Positions 1 to 12,262 of a stretch of 64,000 nucleotides of DNA are shown here, piece after piece (the first letter of the stretch is position 1; every line of letters starts with the position of its first letter). This DNA is from Octopus bimaculoides. Its lineage: Eukaryota. The stretch is from positions 56,211,721 through 56,275,720 of the forward strand of contig NC_068985.1 of assembly GCF_001194135.2 (NCBI RefSeq), written 5' to 3'. The position numbers and the translations under genes are program-made. A model generated the notes under the pieces. That model was not told the DNA's origin. It saw only the letters and a list, made by a program, of their open reading frames with translations, and did no database searches.

Positions 1-45
<45 letters not shown>

Positions 46-60
46 TATACATATATATGT
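1..60. repeat. (AT)n microsatellite
   Basis: Direct: ATAT run at the window start with a few ATAC interruptions. Confidence 0.95.
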
Positions 61-249
61 ATTATCTATCTTATACGTATATATGTACAGTGGAAACACG
101 TGTAGGTCGTCGTAATCATAAAAAATATGGTGTATGACATTGTAAAATAAAAGGAAATACATTTTGAGAATGTACCAGTCTCCATATTATCTATTGTTAT
201 AACTATTGCTAATATACACTCGAGGTAATATCACCATCCAGTGAAGTGA

Positions 250-842
250 ACAAAGGAGGAAATAAATATTCGTACATATCAAATTCTTTAATTATTTAAT
301 TTCTAATGAACATAAATGGGATATGCCAATACTATATTTGCATACATATGCATAAACTAAGAATATGCAAAAGAAACTAATAAATTATAGTAACTAATGA
401 ATTTATATACAATTATAAATATGTAGGGGTGAAAAATGTATTCGTACAGAATAAATTTATGAGTTTGTATGCCACAAAATACTGTTAAAATAATTGTTTT
501 TTACCAGAACTTTCTCTTTTGTTCCAATAATCTTATCAGTGGTAATTTTTAAGTGTCAAAACGCTAGCTTCTTCATTCAGCACTGAGACAACATAAAGTA
601 GTGTCGTAATAATGGCGAAAAGTAAAGAACTCACAAATTCAGTGAAAAACTTAATCATTGAACAGTGGAAAGCAGGTAAAAGTTACAGGAAAATATCAGA
701 GACCCTTTGTATTCCATTTTCTACCATATCTTCATTTATTCAAAAATATAAAAAATCGGGAACTGTTGAAAACAGAATAAGATCCAGTGCATCACACAAG
801 ATTTCCCCTAGATCTTTAAGACGCACAAGCACACACATATGA
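250..842 (+). mobile_element. Tc1-family DNA transposon, 5' fragment (left end plus N-terminal HTH of the transposase)
   Basis: ORF 612-842 MAKSKELTNSVKNLIIEQWKAGKSYRKISETLCIPFSTISSFIQKYKKSGTVENR resembles the paired-like HTH N-terminus of Tc1 transposases. The upstream motif AAATATTCGTACA/ATGTATTCGTACA occurs twice (~265-277 and ~437-449), like IR/DR binding sites. No catalytic domain or right end seen. Confidence 0.8.
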
Positions 843-1064
843 GCAAACTTTCTCTTTCTCTCTCTGATACATAAACACACGAGATACATGAGCCAACTGA
901 TAGTCTATATGTCATCACTCGGCTTGCTAGAAATAATAGTCAAATCTACAAATTATAATAATCTACTATTTAGAAATACTATTTAGAAATACATTAAGAG
1001 CTGAAATAAAATGCTAGATAGTTACGGTTAGAACACACTTGAAGCTGAATCCTCATGCACAACC

Positions 1065-1240
1065 ACCACCCTACTGCCTCCTCCTCCTCCTCCTCCTCCC
1101 CCACCTCTTCTTCTTCTTCTTCTTCTTCTTCTTCTTCTTCTTCTTCTTCTTCTTCTTCTTCTTCTTCTTCTTCTAACTCCACCTCTACCTCTTCCTCCTG
1201 CTTCGCCTGCTTCGCCTGCTCCTCCTCCTCCTACTACTAC
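1065..1240. repeat. Compound trinucleotide microsatellite (CCT)n/(TCT)n
   Basis: Direct reading; explains the poly-E/S/R ORFs in the track. Confidence 0.95.
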
Positions 1241-1735
1241 AAGACAAAACAAAACAAAAACTGTCATAACCACTATAAGAACTAGATATACTACGTAGGT
1301 GGGTATTTTATGCGTGCATTCTGCCTGTTAGAAATAGCAGCCAATAACATCCCCAAATTACACCATATATTCTGTGAAAAAAGAAGAAATCGTTATATAT
1401 AACAAAATATCCGGGAAAAAAATGTCGGCTGTTATTATTATAATCACAACTGGATCATTTGATTTGGTGGGTTAGAAATGTCCTGAGGCTAAACACCATC
1501 GATAACGACAACAATAAGAACAAGAACAGCAGGAACATTACATTATAGAATAGTGTCTTAATGAGGAATTGCTTTAAAAAAATGCATAAATGAAGCTTGG
1601 AGAGACGAATCAACAATTTCCTTCAGCCAAAAACACTGGAAAATTTTCAATAGAAGCTGGAAACACTTTTCACAATTGAATTTATGTCTTATCTACGTCT
1701 TCTTATCTCCAATGAATTTAAGCGAAACCAGCCAT

Positions 1736-1736
<1 letters not shown>

Positions 1737-1802
<66 letters not shown>

Positions 1803-2121
1803 TACTACTGCTACTACTACTGCCGCTGCTGCCGCTGCTGCCGCTGCTGCCGCTGCTGCCGCTGCTGCCGCTGCTGCCGCTGCTGCCGCCGCCGTCGCCG
1901 CAACCACCAACATCACCATCACCCCTCCCCACCACCACCAACATTACCACAACTACAACTTCTACTATTACAACCACTACTGCAAGCATCAAAACATTAC
2001 CACTCCTACAACTCCTCTTACAACCACATCCACTACTATCATTCCAGTCACCACTACCACTCCCGCAACAACAACAACAGCAACAACAACAACAGCAACG
2101 ACAACAACAACAACAACAACA

Positions 2122-2197
<76 letters not shown>
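1737..2197. repeat. Compound repeat (ACT)n - (GCCGCTGCT)n - (CAC/ACA)n - (ACT)n
   Basis: Direct: ACT arrays flank a period-9 GC-rich GCCGCTGCT array (~1822-1885); runs toward the assembly gap at 2233. Confidence 0.9.
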
Positions 2198-2896
2198 ATG
2201 GCGGTCGTGATAATGGTGTTGAGAGGACGGCANNNNNNNNNNNNNNNNNNNNNNNNNNNNNNNNNNNNNNNNNNNNNNNNNNNNNNNNNNNNNNNNNNNN
2301 NNNNNNNNNNNNNNNNNNNNNNNNNNNNNNNNNNNNNNNNNNNNNNNNNNNNNNNNNNNNNNNNNNNNNNNNNNNNNNNNNNNNNNNNNNNNNNNNNNNN
2401 NNNNNNNNNNNNNNNNNNNNNNNNNNNNNNNNNNNNNNNNNNNNNNNNNNNNNNNNNNNNNNNNNNNNNNNNNNNNNNNNNNNNNNNNNNNNNNNNNNNN
2501 NNNNNNNNNNNNNNNNNNNNNNNNNNNNNNNNNNNNNNNNNNNNNNNNNNNNNNNNNNNNNNNNNNNNNNNNNNNNNNNNNNNNNNNNNNNNNNNNNNNN
2601 NNNNNNNNNNNNNNNNNNNNNNNNNNNNNNNNNNNNNNNNNNNNNNNNNNNNNNNNNNNNNNNNNNNNNNNNNNNNNNNNNNNNNNNNNNNNNNNNNNNN
2701 NNNNNNNNNNNNNNNNNNNNNNNNNNNNNNNNNNNNNNNNNNNNNNNNNNNNNNNNNNNNNNNNNNNNNNNNNNNNNNNNNNNNNNNNATATATGTTTAT
2801 TATATACAAGTGAACAAATATATAAATAAAGCGCATATAAGAATGGAAAGTCCGGAAAGTAGAAGTAACAATAATAACATTACCAACAACTACATC

Positions 2897-2954
<58 letters not shown>

Positions 2955-3506
2955 TCTTGAATGTTTTCAGATAAGCCTGAAAATTGCTTTTTCCAATGTG
3001 TTCATGATGTAAATATGATTTTATATTATAACGAAAGCAACACCTACCTCCACTACGTTCGAAAATGTATATATCAGCACCCGCACCAACTCCCAACACT
3101 GTCGCCCATCAGTGAAGATTCTAAATGAGAAGAGAAATAAGATAACAGGGCTGGAATGAAAAGATGAAAAAGGAAAGATGAAAGATAAAAATAAATCCAT
3201 TAAAATACCAAGAAAATAAAAATAAATAAAATGAAACAAAATGAAAGAAAAATAATCAAAGAGAAAACATTAAGGCGATGTAGACAGGGAATTACTTTCA
3301 TTTTTCTGTGATAAAGTCTGCATAGGCTTGTGGGTAAGAAAATAGTGATGTAGCATTTATGTGTGTGTATATTTATGTATGTCTGTATGTATGTATGTGT
3401 GTATGTATGTATGTATGTATATATGTGTATGCATGCATTTGCGTGTGGTTTGTGTATTTGTGTGTGGGCTGTGCATATATGTGTGTCATATATGAATATG
3501 TATGTA

Positions 3507-3564
<58 letters not shown>

Positions 3565-4850
3565 TGAATGTATATATAGATGCATATACATATATGTGTC
3601 TTTGTGTGGATATAGATGAAAAGTATGTCCTCTCCCTCTTTCTCTTTCTCTCTCTATATATATATATGTATATGTATGCATACATATATATTTATGTACA
3701 TGAGGATAAGTGTATCATCACACATGCAATATATACATATACACATATCTATATCTATATCTATTTAACTGTACGTATGTAAATATGTTAGTGTGTACAA
3801 CTTTGTATGTGCTTATCTCCGTATGCGAGATAGTTTGTGGTGTCTCATAGAATAATTCTGTGTGTGTTTGTAAATAATTCTGTGTGTGTTTGTAAATGTA
3901 CATATAGTTATTTCCATAATAACTTCTTTCCACAATAAAACTTATACATAGTTATGTGTACATATGTATATATATATATATATNNNNNNNNNNNNNNNNN
4001 NNNNNNNNNNNNNNNNNNNNNNNNNNNNNNNNNNNNNNNNNNNNNNNNNNNNNNNNNNNNNNNNNNNNNNNNNNNNNNNNNNNNNNNNNNNNNNNNNNNN
4101 NNNNNNNNNNNNNNNNNNNNNNNNNNNNNNNNNNNNNNNNNNNNNNNNNNNNNNNNNNNNNNNNNNNNNNNNNNNNNNNNNNNNNNNNNNNNNNNNNNNN
4201 NNNNNNNNNNNNNNNNNNNNNNNNNNNNNNNNNNNNNNNNNNNNNNNNNNNNNNNNNNNNNNNNNNNNNNNNNNNNNNNNNNNNNNNNNNNNNNNNNNNN
4301 NNNNNNNNNNNNNNNNNNNNNNNNNNNNNNNNNNNNNNNNNNNNNNNNNNNNNNNNNNNNNNNNNNNNNNNNNNNNNNNNNNNNNNNNNNNNNNNNNNNN
4401 NNNNNNNNNNNNNNNNNNNNNNNNNNNNNNNNNNNNNNNNNNNNNNNNNNNNNNNNNNNNNNNNNNNNNNNNNNNNNNNNNNNNNNNNNNNNNNNNNNNN
4501 NNNNNNNNNNNNNNNNNNNNNNNNNNNNNNNNNNNNNNNNNNNNNNNNNNNNNNNNNNNNNNNNNNNNNNNNNNNNNNNNNNNNNNNNNNNNNNNNNNNN
4601 NNNNNNNNNNNNNNNNNNNNNNNNNNNNNNNNNNNNNNNNNNNNNNNNNNNNNNNNNNNNNNNNNNNNNNNNNNNNNNNNNNNNNNNNNNNNNNNNNNNN
4701 NNNNNNNNNNNNNNNNNNNNNNNNNNNNNNNNNNNNNNNNNNNNNNNNNNNNNNNNNNNNNNNNNNNNNNNNNNNNNNNNNNNNNNNNNNNNNNNNACAA
4801 ACGCAGACACACAAACATACACACACACACACACATATATATACATATAT

Positions 4851-5017
4851 ACGACGGACTTCTTTCAGTTTCCCTCTACCAAATCCACTCACAAGGCTTT
4901 GGTCGGCCAGAGGCTATAGTAGAAGACACTTGCCCAAGATGCCACGCAGTGGGACTGAACCTGGAACAATGTGGTTGGGAAGCAAGCTACTTACCACACA
5001 GCCACTCCTGCGCCTAT
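4851..5017 (-). mobile_element. tRNA-derived SINE family A, head and body
   Basis: Reverse complement begins GGCGCAGGAGTGGCTGTGTGGTAAG...GGTTCAGTCCCACTGCGTGGCATCTTGGGCAAGTG (A/B-box-like). Near-identical to copies at 25659-25825, 53537-53692 and 54291-54460. Confidence 0.85.
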
Positions 5018-5689
5018 ATGTATGTATGAGATTGACATATAAGTCCCATCAAATGTCTTTGATACCAACATTGAGAAATACTCCAGAGATTTCCCAAAGG
5101 AAACCTTCTGCTCTATTTGTGAAACTCAAACTAAGAATATCAATGGTGAACACGTTATAAACACTATGAAACAAACGGAGCCAGCCAAGCAATATAGTCG
5201 CATTCGAAAATCATCCACAGTCTTGCTCAAGAAACATATGTTTTCACCACTGCCGAGCAATATATTTTAATGGATCTTTCACATAGGAGACATGCGGACT
5301 GTGAATAGATTGAAACACATGAAGGACGAGTGAAACAGTCATATTTTCGAAGGTGGGTATCGATTGAATATAGAGAGGTACAAGAAGAATATTGAAGCTT
5401 ATCGGTTTAGATTTGTAACAACTGGGAGGGATTCAGTAAAAAGATTTTATTCTGAATCATACTTCATTAGAAAGATAGCTATGAAGAGCTATCAGCACCT
5501 GTATTAACAATCATTATTAGAATCTTGGCTAGGACGGGTATCAATAAAGGTAATCACAAGGATTATTATAAAATTACTATGATAAATATCAATAGCGGTA
5601 TTCGCGGTTGTTAGAACTTAGTGCTGAACACCTTGCAGAGTGATCAGATGTTTGTGGTGTACATTAGCTTATTTCCTCCATCAAATCGA

Positions 5690-5858
5690 CATAGCCTCGA
5701 CAGGCGCACGGTGTGCCACGCAGCCGATGTGGAATTGATTGCAGGACAGCTTGAAATGGAGTGTTTTCCTTAAGAACACAAGTAATCGCCCAATCCAGGA
5801 ATTGAAACACCGATCTTGCCATCGTGAGTTCAGTACCCTAACAACTACACAACGCACC
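5690..5858 (-). mobile_element. Older tRNA-derived SINE head, related to family B
   Basis: RC GTGCGTTGTGTAGTTGTTAGGGTACTGAACTCACGATGGCAAGATCGGTGTTTCAATTCC resembles the head of the family B copy at 32095; a similar old copy lies at ~41900-42020 (+). Confidence 0.6.
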
Positions 5859-6198
5859 TGTGTGTATATATATATATATATATATATANNNNNNNNNNNN
5901 NNNNNNNNNNNNNNNNNNNNNNNNNNNNNNNNNNNNNNNNNNNNNNNNNNNNNNNNNNNNNNNNNNNNNNNNNNNNNNNNNNNNNNNNNNNNNNNNNNNN
6001 NNNNNNNNNNNNNNNNNNNNNNNNNNNNNNNNNNNNNNNNNNNNNNNNNNNNNNNNNNNNNNNNNNNNNNNNNNNNNNNNNNNNNNNNNNNNNNNNNNNN
6101 NNNNNNNNNNNNNNNNNNNNNNNNNNNNNNNNNNNNNNNNNNNNNNNNNNNNNNNNNNNNNNNNNNNNNNNNNNNNNNNNNNNNNNNNNNNNNNNNNN

Positions 6199-6252
<54 letters not shown>

Positions 6253-6484
6253 TCTATGGATATACACATATCATCCACCCACTGTCGTAGGTGAATAAGG
6301 TCAAATTTAAGTCACTCGCTGGCAATTCTAGGCTTCATCGCTAATTCAGTTCTCAACCAAATTGAATGTGGTCTTTTTCGCAATGGTGGTCCAGTCCTAA
6401 GCTATATCTAGAAATAAAATAATTGAAATCTGCTCATAAGAAAAAATGTTAGGTCAAAATATAAGGTCAAAAATAGGAGAGTAA

Positions 6485-6870
6485 AGCCAAAATTTGACTT
6501 TGAATCGAAATATCTCAGTTATTTTAAAAGAAAAGTATAGATCAATTGGGTTTATAAGAATGTATTGATTCAGAAGAATCTTTAGGTGAAAACTTCGTTA
6601 AAAATATTTGCTACGAAAAAAATAGTGTGGCTTTAGGTGACGTAAAAATGGTAAGTAACCCCACAAATTGACTTTAAATCAAAACATTTAAGCTATTGTA
6701 ATAGAAAAATTTACACTAGTTGTGTTCAAATGAAAGAGCTCTATGAGAGGAATCTTATGGCGAAAACCTCATCAGAAAATATTAGCTACTAATATTGGCT
6801 TGGAGGGACGAAAAAAGGTGATCATCCTAAATCAAAATATTTTTGTCATTTTAAAATATTTAGCGTTATA
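6485..6870. repeat. Degenerate ~155-175 bp tandem repeat (about 2.3 units)
   Basis: Anchor TTGACTTT(G/A)AATC at 6494 and 6668, TAAATCAAAA again at 6828; shared internal motifs such as GAATCTT..G.GAAAAC and AAAATATT.GCTAC. Confidence 0.65.
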
Positions 6871-6958
6871 AAAGTTGCTCTGCAAGGTCGTGTGTTGCTT
6901 AACTCAATAGTACAGGGTGTTTACCCGTAATTTGAGAGATATAAGGTTCGATCCTCTC

Positions 6959-7011
6959 AAAAAAGTAAGTAGCCAGCAAGCTGCATCGACTTGCTGGCCA
7001 CTTACTTTTTT
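6959..7011. other. Near-perfect hairpin, 22-bp stem with 9-nt loop
   Basis: AAAAAAGTAAGTAGCCAGCAAG-ctgcatcga-CTTGCTGGCCACTTACTTTTTT, 21 of 22 positions complementary. Confidence 0.9.
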
Positions 7012-7199
7012 CCCGTTTTCTAAGAGTATTTACCAAAACTTCTAAGCTGATTTCACAGCTATTCTTCGTTTGGAATTTCCTCAATTTTCTCTAAAATACC
7101 AACTCAGTTTGTTTAGAGAAATGCATATCTTCAAACTATGAAATCAAGCTTTTCTGTGTAAATGATGTTGTTGCTGTTAGTGTTTTATCGCCGATTACA

Positions 7200-7860
7200 G
7201 ACTATAATGAAGAAAGTGTTTTTGGCAAAAACAATTCAACTTGTGGCAACATCACACATTATTTTTGGGGAATAGAGTATCAACAAAGAGGAGTTCCTCA
7301 TGTTCATATGAAAATTTGGGTGGATTAAGCATCTATTTATGACAGATTCTCCAGAAATAATTCAAAAATTTAAAGAACACTTCATTATTTTCAGATTGCC
7401 ATGTTCATTATCAAGCCCTAATCTTTGCAATTTAGTCAGTAGTTTTCAAATGCATTCATGCAGCAAAACCTTTTGGTGAATTTATGGAAAGGGAAAAAAT
7501 GTGGTGAAAAAATGTCGATTTGACATTCCTAAGACTGAAGAAAGGCTCAATTTCTTCACTGTTGCTGAAAGTGTTAAATCGAAAAGAAATGAAAAAGGTG
7601 TTAAAAAGCTGTATCAACTTCAAAGAAAATCATCTAATGAAAAATTTATCAATGATTACAATCCTTTACTGCTTTTAATATGGCAGGCAAATGTTGACTG
7701 TCAATATATTGGAGAAACGCGTTTGATATTGACCAGATATGGGACCAGCTACCGTTCAAAAGCTGAGAAAAATGAAGCTGAAAATGTTTGGGAAAATTTA
7801 GATCAAATTAATTTCGGAAAATTTTCATCAAATAGTGAGTATATTCTTTTTTAAATAATT
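7200..7860 (+). mobile_element. Helitron2/Helentron-type Rep (HUH endonuclease) pseudogene fragment
   Basis: 7218-7326 translates VFGKNNSTCGNITHYFWGIEYQQRGVPHVHMKIWVD* (Helitron HUH motif ExQxRGxPHxH). ORF 7501-7854 has CRFDIP, INDYNPLLLLIWQANVDCQYI and a Y-x-x-K-A-E catalytic-Tyr-like motif, typical of Helitron2/Helentron Rep. Contains stops and frameshifts. Confidence 0.85.
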
Positions 7861-8691
7861 TTTGTTTTTTATTGCAAATTAAAAAAAAATTAAGTTAATA
7901 TTTTTTTGTAAAAATTTCTTTGTATTAATCTAAAACATTTTAATCTTATTTTTAGTATGACTACAATAAAAAATATAAAGGTAAATATAATTAATTATAG
8001 TAACAGAAGCATTGCCTAAAAAAATGTGGACTAGAATGAAAAATGCGGACGCAGAACGCTAGAATATTCTTAAGCATTGAACCTGGAAAAAATACAATAC
8101 AAGAAGAAAGAAAGTAAAAATATTGTTACTGAAGTTAGAAATATAAATCTTTAAAATTTTTACATAAAAGTTTGAAATAAAAATATGTAAGAAGCTATTT
8201 ATTTTCAGTTTTAGTAAAAAGAATAATCGCTTGTAAGTTTACACATTAAACATTTAATATTACAAATCTAGCGTTTTATACATTTAACGAATTAATAGCA
8301 ATTTAAGCAAAATTGACAATGCATTATAAAATTTAAGTTTTTTCAAAAAAGCTAGACAGTCATTTTTGAGTTTTGCACCCAATTTCTTCACTAGCTACCA
8401 TTTTTTAAAAATATTTCTGTCTGCAAATAGAAAATACATTATTATGTGATAATGCAAACTTTAAATAAATTAATTATTTTGTTACTTCAAATTTTGTTTA
8501 TATTTTTTTTACTCTTATTTCTGAATTACATATATTTTACATGAGTTTATTTTTAGCACGATTCCAGTAATTTAAAATTTTTCTACAATGCGGTTTGTTA
8601 AGAAAATAAAATTAAAAAAACAATATAATACTAAAAAAAGAAACAAAAAAAAACGACAGAAATGTTTTAGCTTAATAGAAAGAAATTTCAC

Positions 8692-8925
8692 GCAGTGAAA
8701 GGCGGTGAGCTGGCAGAAATGTTAGCACGCAGGGCGAAATGCTTACCGATATTTCGTCTGCCGTTACGTTCTGAGTTCAAATTCCGCCGAAGTCGACATT
8801 GCTTTTCATCCTTTCGGGGTCTATACATTAAGTACCAGTTACGCACTGAGGTCGATGTAATCGACTTAAATACCTTTGTCTGCCCTTGTTTGTCCCCTCT
8901 ATGTTTAGCCCCTTGTGGGCAATAC
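8692..8925 (+). mobile_element. tRNA-derived SINE family C, full-length with 15-bp TSD
   Basis: Head GGCGGTGAGCTGGCAGAA...GAGTTCAAATTCCGCC; flanked by the direct repeat AGAAAGAAATTTCAC at 8677-8691 and 8926-8940. Confidence 0.9.
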
Positions 8926-9342
8926 AGAAAGAAATTTCACACACTTTTTGATGAACATTTTCAGAAATTCATTTAGCAAATTCTAAATTCAGCAGCAATA
9001 TTTTAAGTGTTCTTTCTTCTTGTCCTGTACTTCCCAGGATTAATTACTGCTTGTTCTGTACTCTTCCACACACACACAACACACCAACACACACATAAAT
9101 ATATNNNNNNNNNNNNNNNNNNNNNNNNNNNNNNNNNNNNNNNNNNNNNNNNNNNNNNNNNNNNNNNNNNNNNNNNNNNNNNNNNNNNNNNNNNNNNNNN
9201 NNNNNNNNNNNNNNNNNNNNNNNNNNNNNNNNNNNNNNNNNNNNNNNNNNNNNNNNNNNNNNNNNNNNNNNNNNNNNNNNNNNNNNNNNNNNNNNNNNNN
9301 NNNNNNNNNNNNNNNNNNNNNNNNNNNNNNNNNNNNNNNNNN

Positions 9343-9401
<59 letters not shown>

Positions 9402-9454
9402 ATGTGTAAAAAAAGAGAAAACAAAGTAATAAACGATTAACATCTGAACTTCAT

Positions 9455-9535
9455 CAACTTACAACTGTTTCTGCTATAAGATGCAGTGGACTCGTAGTCG
9501 AGTGTCTGAATAACACTTTATAGCTTCATCGGCGA
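9455..9535 (-). ncRNA. Degenerate type I hammerhead ribozyme motif downstream of a Penelope-like RT
   Basis: RC: CCGATGA-A-GCTATAA...TTATAGC-A-GAAAC-AGTT-GTA. 7-bp stem II; U4C change in the core. A partial homologue at 62635-62669 restores the palindrome AGCT. Confidence 0.5.
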
Positions 9536-9807
9536 CTCGAAATATCATGTGCAATTTATCTCGGGAGGAATTACGCTTGAGCGTATATAGGGAATAGCAA
9601 TATCAATGAGAAAATCAATGCAGATGTACATAAAAAAAGTGTATGCGTTAAAGGTAATTAGATGTATTAGTGGAAATATATGTATATATATATGCACGCC
9701 CACCCCCGAGGCATATGCAGACATAAACAGACACACACATGCACACACAACACACAGATACACTCATACACACACACAGGTACTCTGTATGTGTGTATAT
9801 GTATATG

Positions 9808-9838
<31 letters not shown>

Positions 9839-9927
9839 ATTTCTGTGTTGTGTGTCTGTGTGTATATATATATATATGTTTGAGTGTTTGAGTGTGTGTG
9901 TGTGGGTGCGTGTATATAGTGTTGTTC

Positions 9928-10860
9928 GGAGGTCTTGAAGACGAAGGTCCCAAGTAGTTCTATCAGACACTATTGTGCAAATCCTTTTTGCCAAATTAAA
10001 CGGGATATTTATTTTGATGTGTTTCGGGTGGCATGAGCTAAAAAGGAGAGATTGCTTCGAGTCCGTTGGTTTATGATAGATGTCAGTTATAATTTGGTTG
10101 TTGACTTTTTTAATCATAATATCCAAAAATGTGAGCTGTTCTTTGCTATATTCCATTGTGAATTGAATGTTACAGTTTATATAATTTAGTTTTGATTTGA
10201 ATTCCAAAAGTTTATCAGTGGTTTCCTTTCAAATGATAAAACAGTCATCTAGGTATCTTTTCCAGTATTCTCTTGTGTAATGATGAAATGGATAACCATA
10301 TTTTTGTAGTGAAACTTCCTATATGGTGAATTTAAAATAACCCATTATCAGGTTCGCAAGAACAGGGACTGCTTCCGTTCCCATCGCAATTCCACCTTTT
10401 TGACGATAGTAGGTATCATCAAATAGTAAATAATTGTCTGAAGTATAAATTTTAAAATTCAATAATAAAGATCTGATTTATGCGTTCCGGAAGTACTTCG
10501 GAATACTTTTCCAACCAGAATTTGATTGCTTTTATTCCATAGTCATGTGGGATGCTGGTGTAAATATTAATAACATCGAAGGAAACCAATAATGCCTCTT
10601 CATTAATTGTTTTTGGTAGGTAATCTAGCATGTCTAAATCGTCTCTAATGAAAATTTTTCCGTATTTCAGCAAGAGGTTCAGCAGGATGTCAAGAAAATT
10701 GCTTAGGCGGTGGGTTTCATAGGCTGGGCCAGCTATAATGGGCCTTAACTTTAAGTCTTCTGGCGTTTGGATATTTATGTATTTGCCTGGTGATTGTTTG
10801 CAGGGTTCATTAACTATCTTGCTATTGTCTATTTTAGGTAGGCTGTAAAAAACTATGCCA
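9928..10860 (-). mobile_element. Penelope-like element reverse transcriptase remnant (lineage 1)
   Basis: FYSLPKID, LRPIIAGP, LVSFDVINIYTSIPH, QKGGIAMG, RYLDD, LTFLD, YHKPTD and SCHPKHIKINIPF motifs across ORFs 10452-11021 and 9764-10207 and the frameshifted interval between them. Confidence 0.93.
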
Positions 10861-11399
10861 TAAAAAAGACCACGAAACCAACGGTTAAAAATGTTGACGC
10901 CCAAACTGTGGAACATGCCCCAACCTACTTGAAGGTTCAAGGAGAAAAAAAAAGGAATTAGAGAAAGGATGAGAGAGAAAACGAGAGGTGAAGAGAACAG
11001 TACAGAGTAGAGTTGCATCAAAAATATTAAGATAAACTTACTTGGAAATGGATGCGTGGCGTTCAGTCAAATCAAATAACAATATATATATATATATATA
11101 TATATNNNNNNNNNNNNNNNNNNNNNNNNNNNNNNNNNNNNNNNNNNNNNNNNNNNNNNNNNNNNNNNNNNNNNNNNNNNNNNNNNNNNNNNNNNNNNNN
11201 NNNNNNNNNNNNNNNNNNNNNNNNNNNNNNNNNNNNNNNNNNNNNNNNNNNNNNNNNNNNNNNNNNNNNNNNNNNNNNNNNNNNNNNNNNNNNNNNNNNN
11301 NNNNNNNNNNNNNNNNNNNNNNNNNNNNNNNNNNNNNNNNNNNNNNNNNNNNNNNNNNNNNNNNNNNNNNNNNNNNNNNNNNNNNNNTATATATATATA

Positions 11400-11720
11400 T
11401 GCATGCATATATGGGTACAGGACGTCACAAACCGTAAATACGAAAACAAATGAGTTGAATACACAAACAACGAGAGAAACAAATGGAAAACAGGACAAGT
11501 ATCATAAAGAACGACCCTTCATCAGTTGTCCATCTACTCCTCATTTCGAGCAATGAACGACAATATGAATCTTTGATGGCAGCTGTTCCCACAAAAGCCA
11601 AAAGAAAATTTGGGATTTTTGGAGAGTCAAAGTTAGTAACAAAAATAAGATGGTAGAGACATACAAGGAAGCCGAACGAAAACAAACGTGGAGGGTCGTT
11701 AGACCAGACGAAGTTAAAAT
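11400..11720 (-). mobile_element. PLE-type terminal repeat fragment abutting (TA)n
   Basis: Homologous to 25113-25450 (shared GACC.TTCATCAGTTG, TTTCGAGCAAT.AACGACAATAT, AAAATTTGGGATTTT); lies close to and on the same strand as the PLE RT. The PLE assignment is inference. Confidence 0.6.
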
Positions 11721-12049
11721 AGCGAACCCCTGGAGAAATATTTTCTTTGACAAGAGAAAAGGTAGGAGAAAGAGATAGATAGGATATGTGCAGTCCTTAC
11801 ACAGACAAATATATATAAAAATGTGATTTTGTGTATATCTAATCTGTAACTATGGGTGCAGACACACAAATTCACACATACAAAACTTGTTTTTATTCTA
11901 TATCTTTCTTTTGTGATATTGAGGTGCATTTGGCCTGTTTGTGTTAACTGCACGCAAATAAAAATCATAGTACCAACTAGTTGGAAGTCTGAGCAATATA
12001 ATACCTTGTTTAGACGAAATAAAATGGTTTAGGATCACTTAATTATAAT

Positions 12050-12205
12050 TTTACTCAACATATTCTCCTCTCAGATTCACACACTTATTGTAGCGGTCCT
12101 TCAGTTTTTCTAAGCCCTCTAAAAGAACTCGGAAGGTTGGGCCTCCAGCCAGGCCTTTCGCGATACCCTTAAAGCCAGGAGCTTTTCAGCACCATTCGTT
12201 TATAA
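12050..12205 (-). mobile_element. Short mariner-derived non-autonomous fragment
   Basis: RC encodes GLEKLKDRYNKCVNLRGEYVE* (mariner C-terminus), joined to a mariner-like TIR (TGCTGAAAAGCTCCTGGC) at ~12172-12200. Confidence 0.7.
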
Positions 12206-12207
12206 AG

Positions 12208-12262
<55 letters not shown>

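Noticed and set aside
86-110. TA|CAGTGG as the left end of the Tc1 element
   Set aside because: No matching TIR and no clear link to the IR/DR-like motifs further right; could be chance or a separate tiny fragment.
1684-2232. Poly-Thr/poly-Ala (mucin-like) or poly-Leu/Gln ORF
   Set aside because: Made entirely of compound trinucleotide repeats open in several frames and on both strands; no splice or domain evidence.
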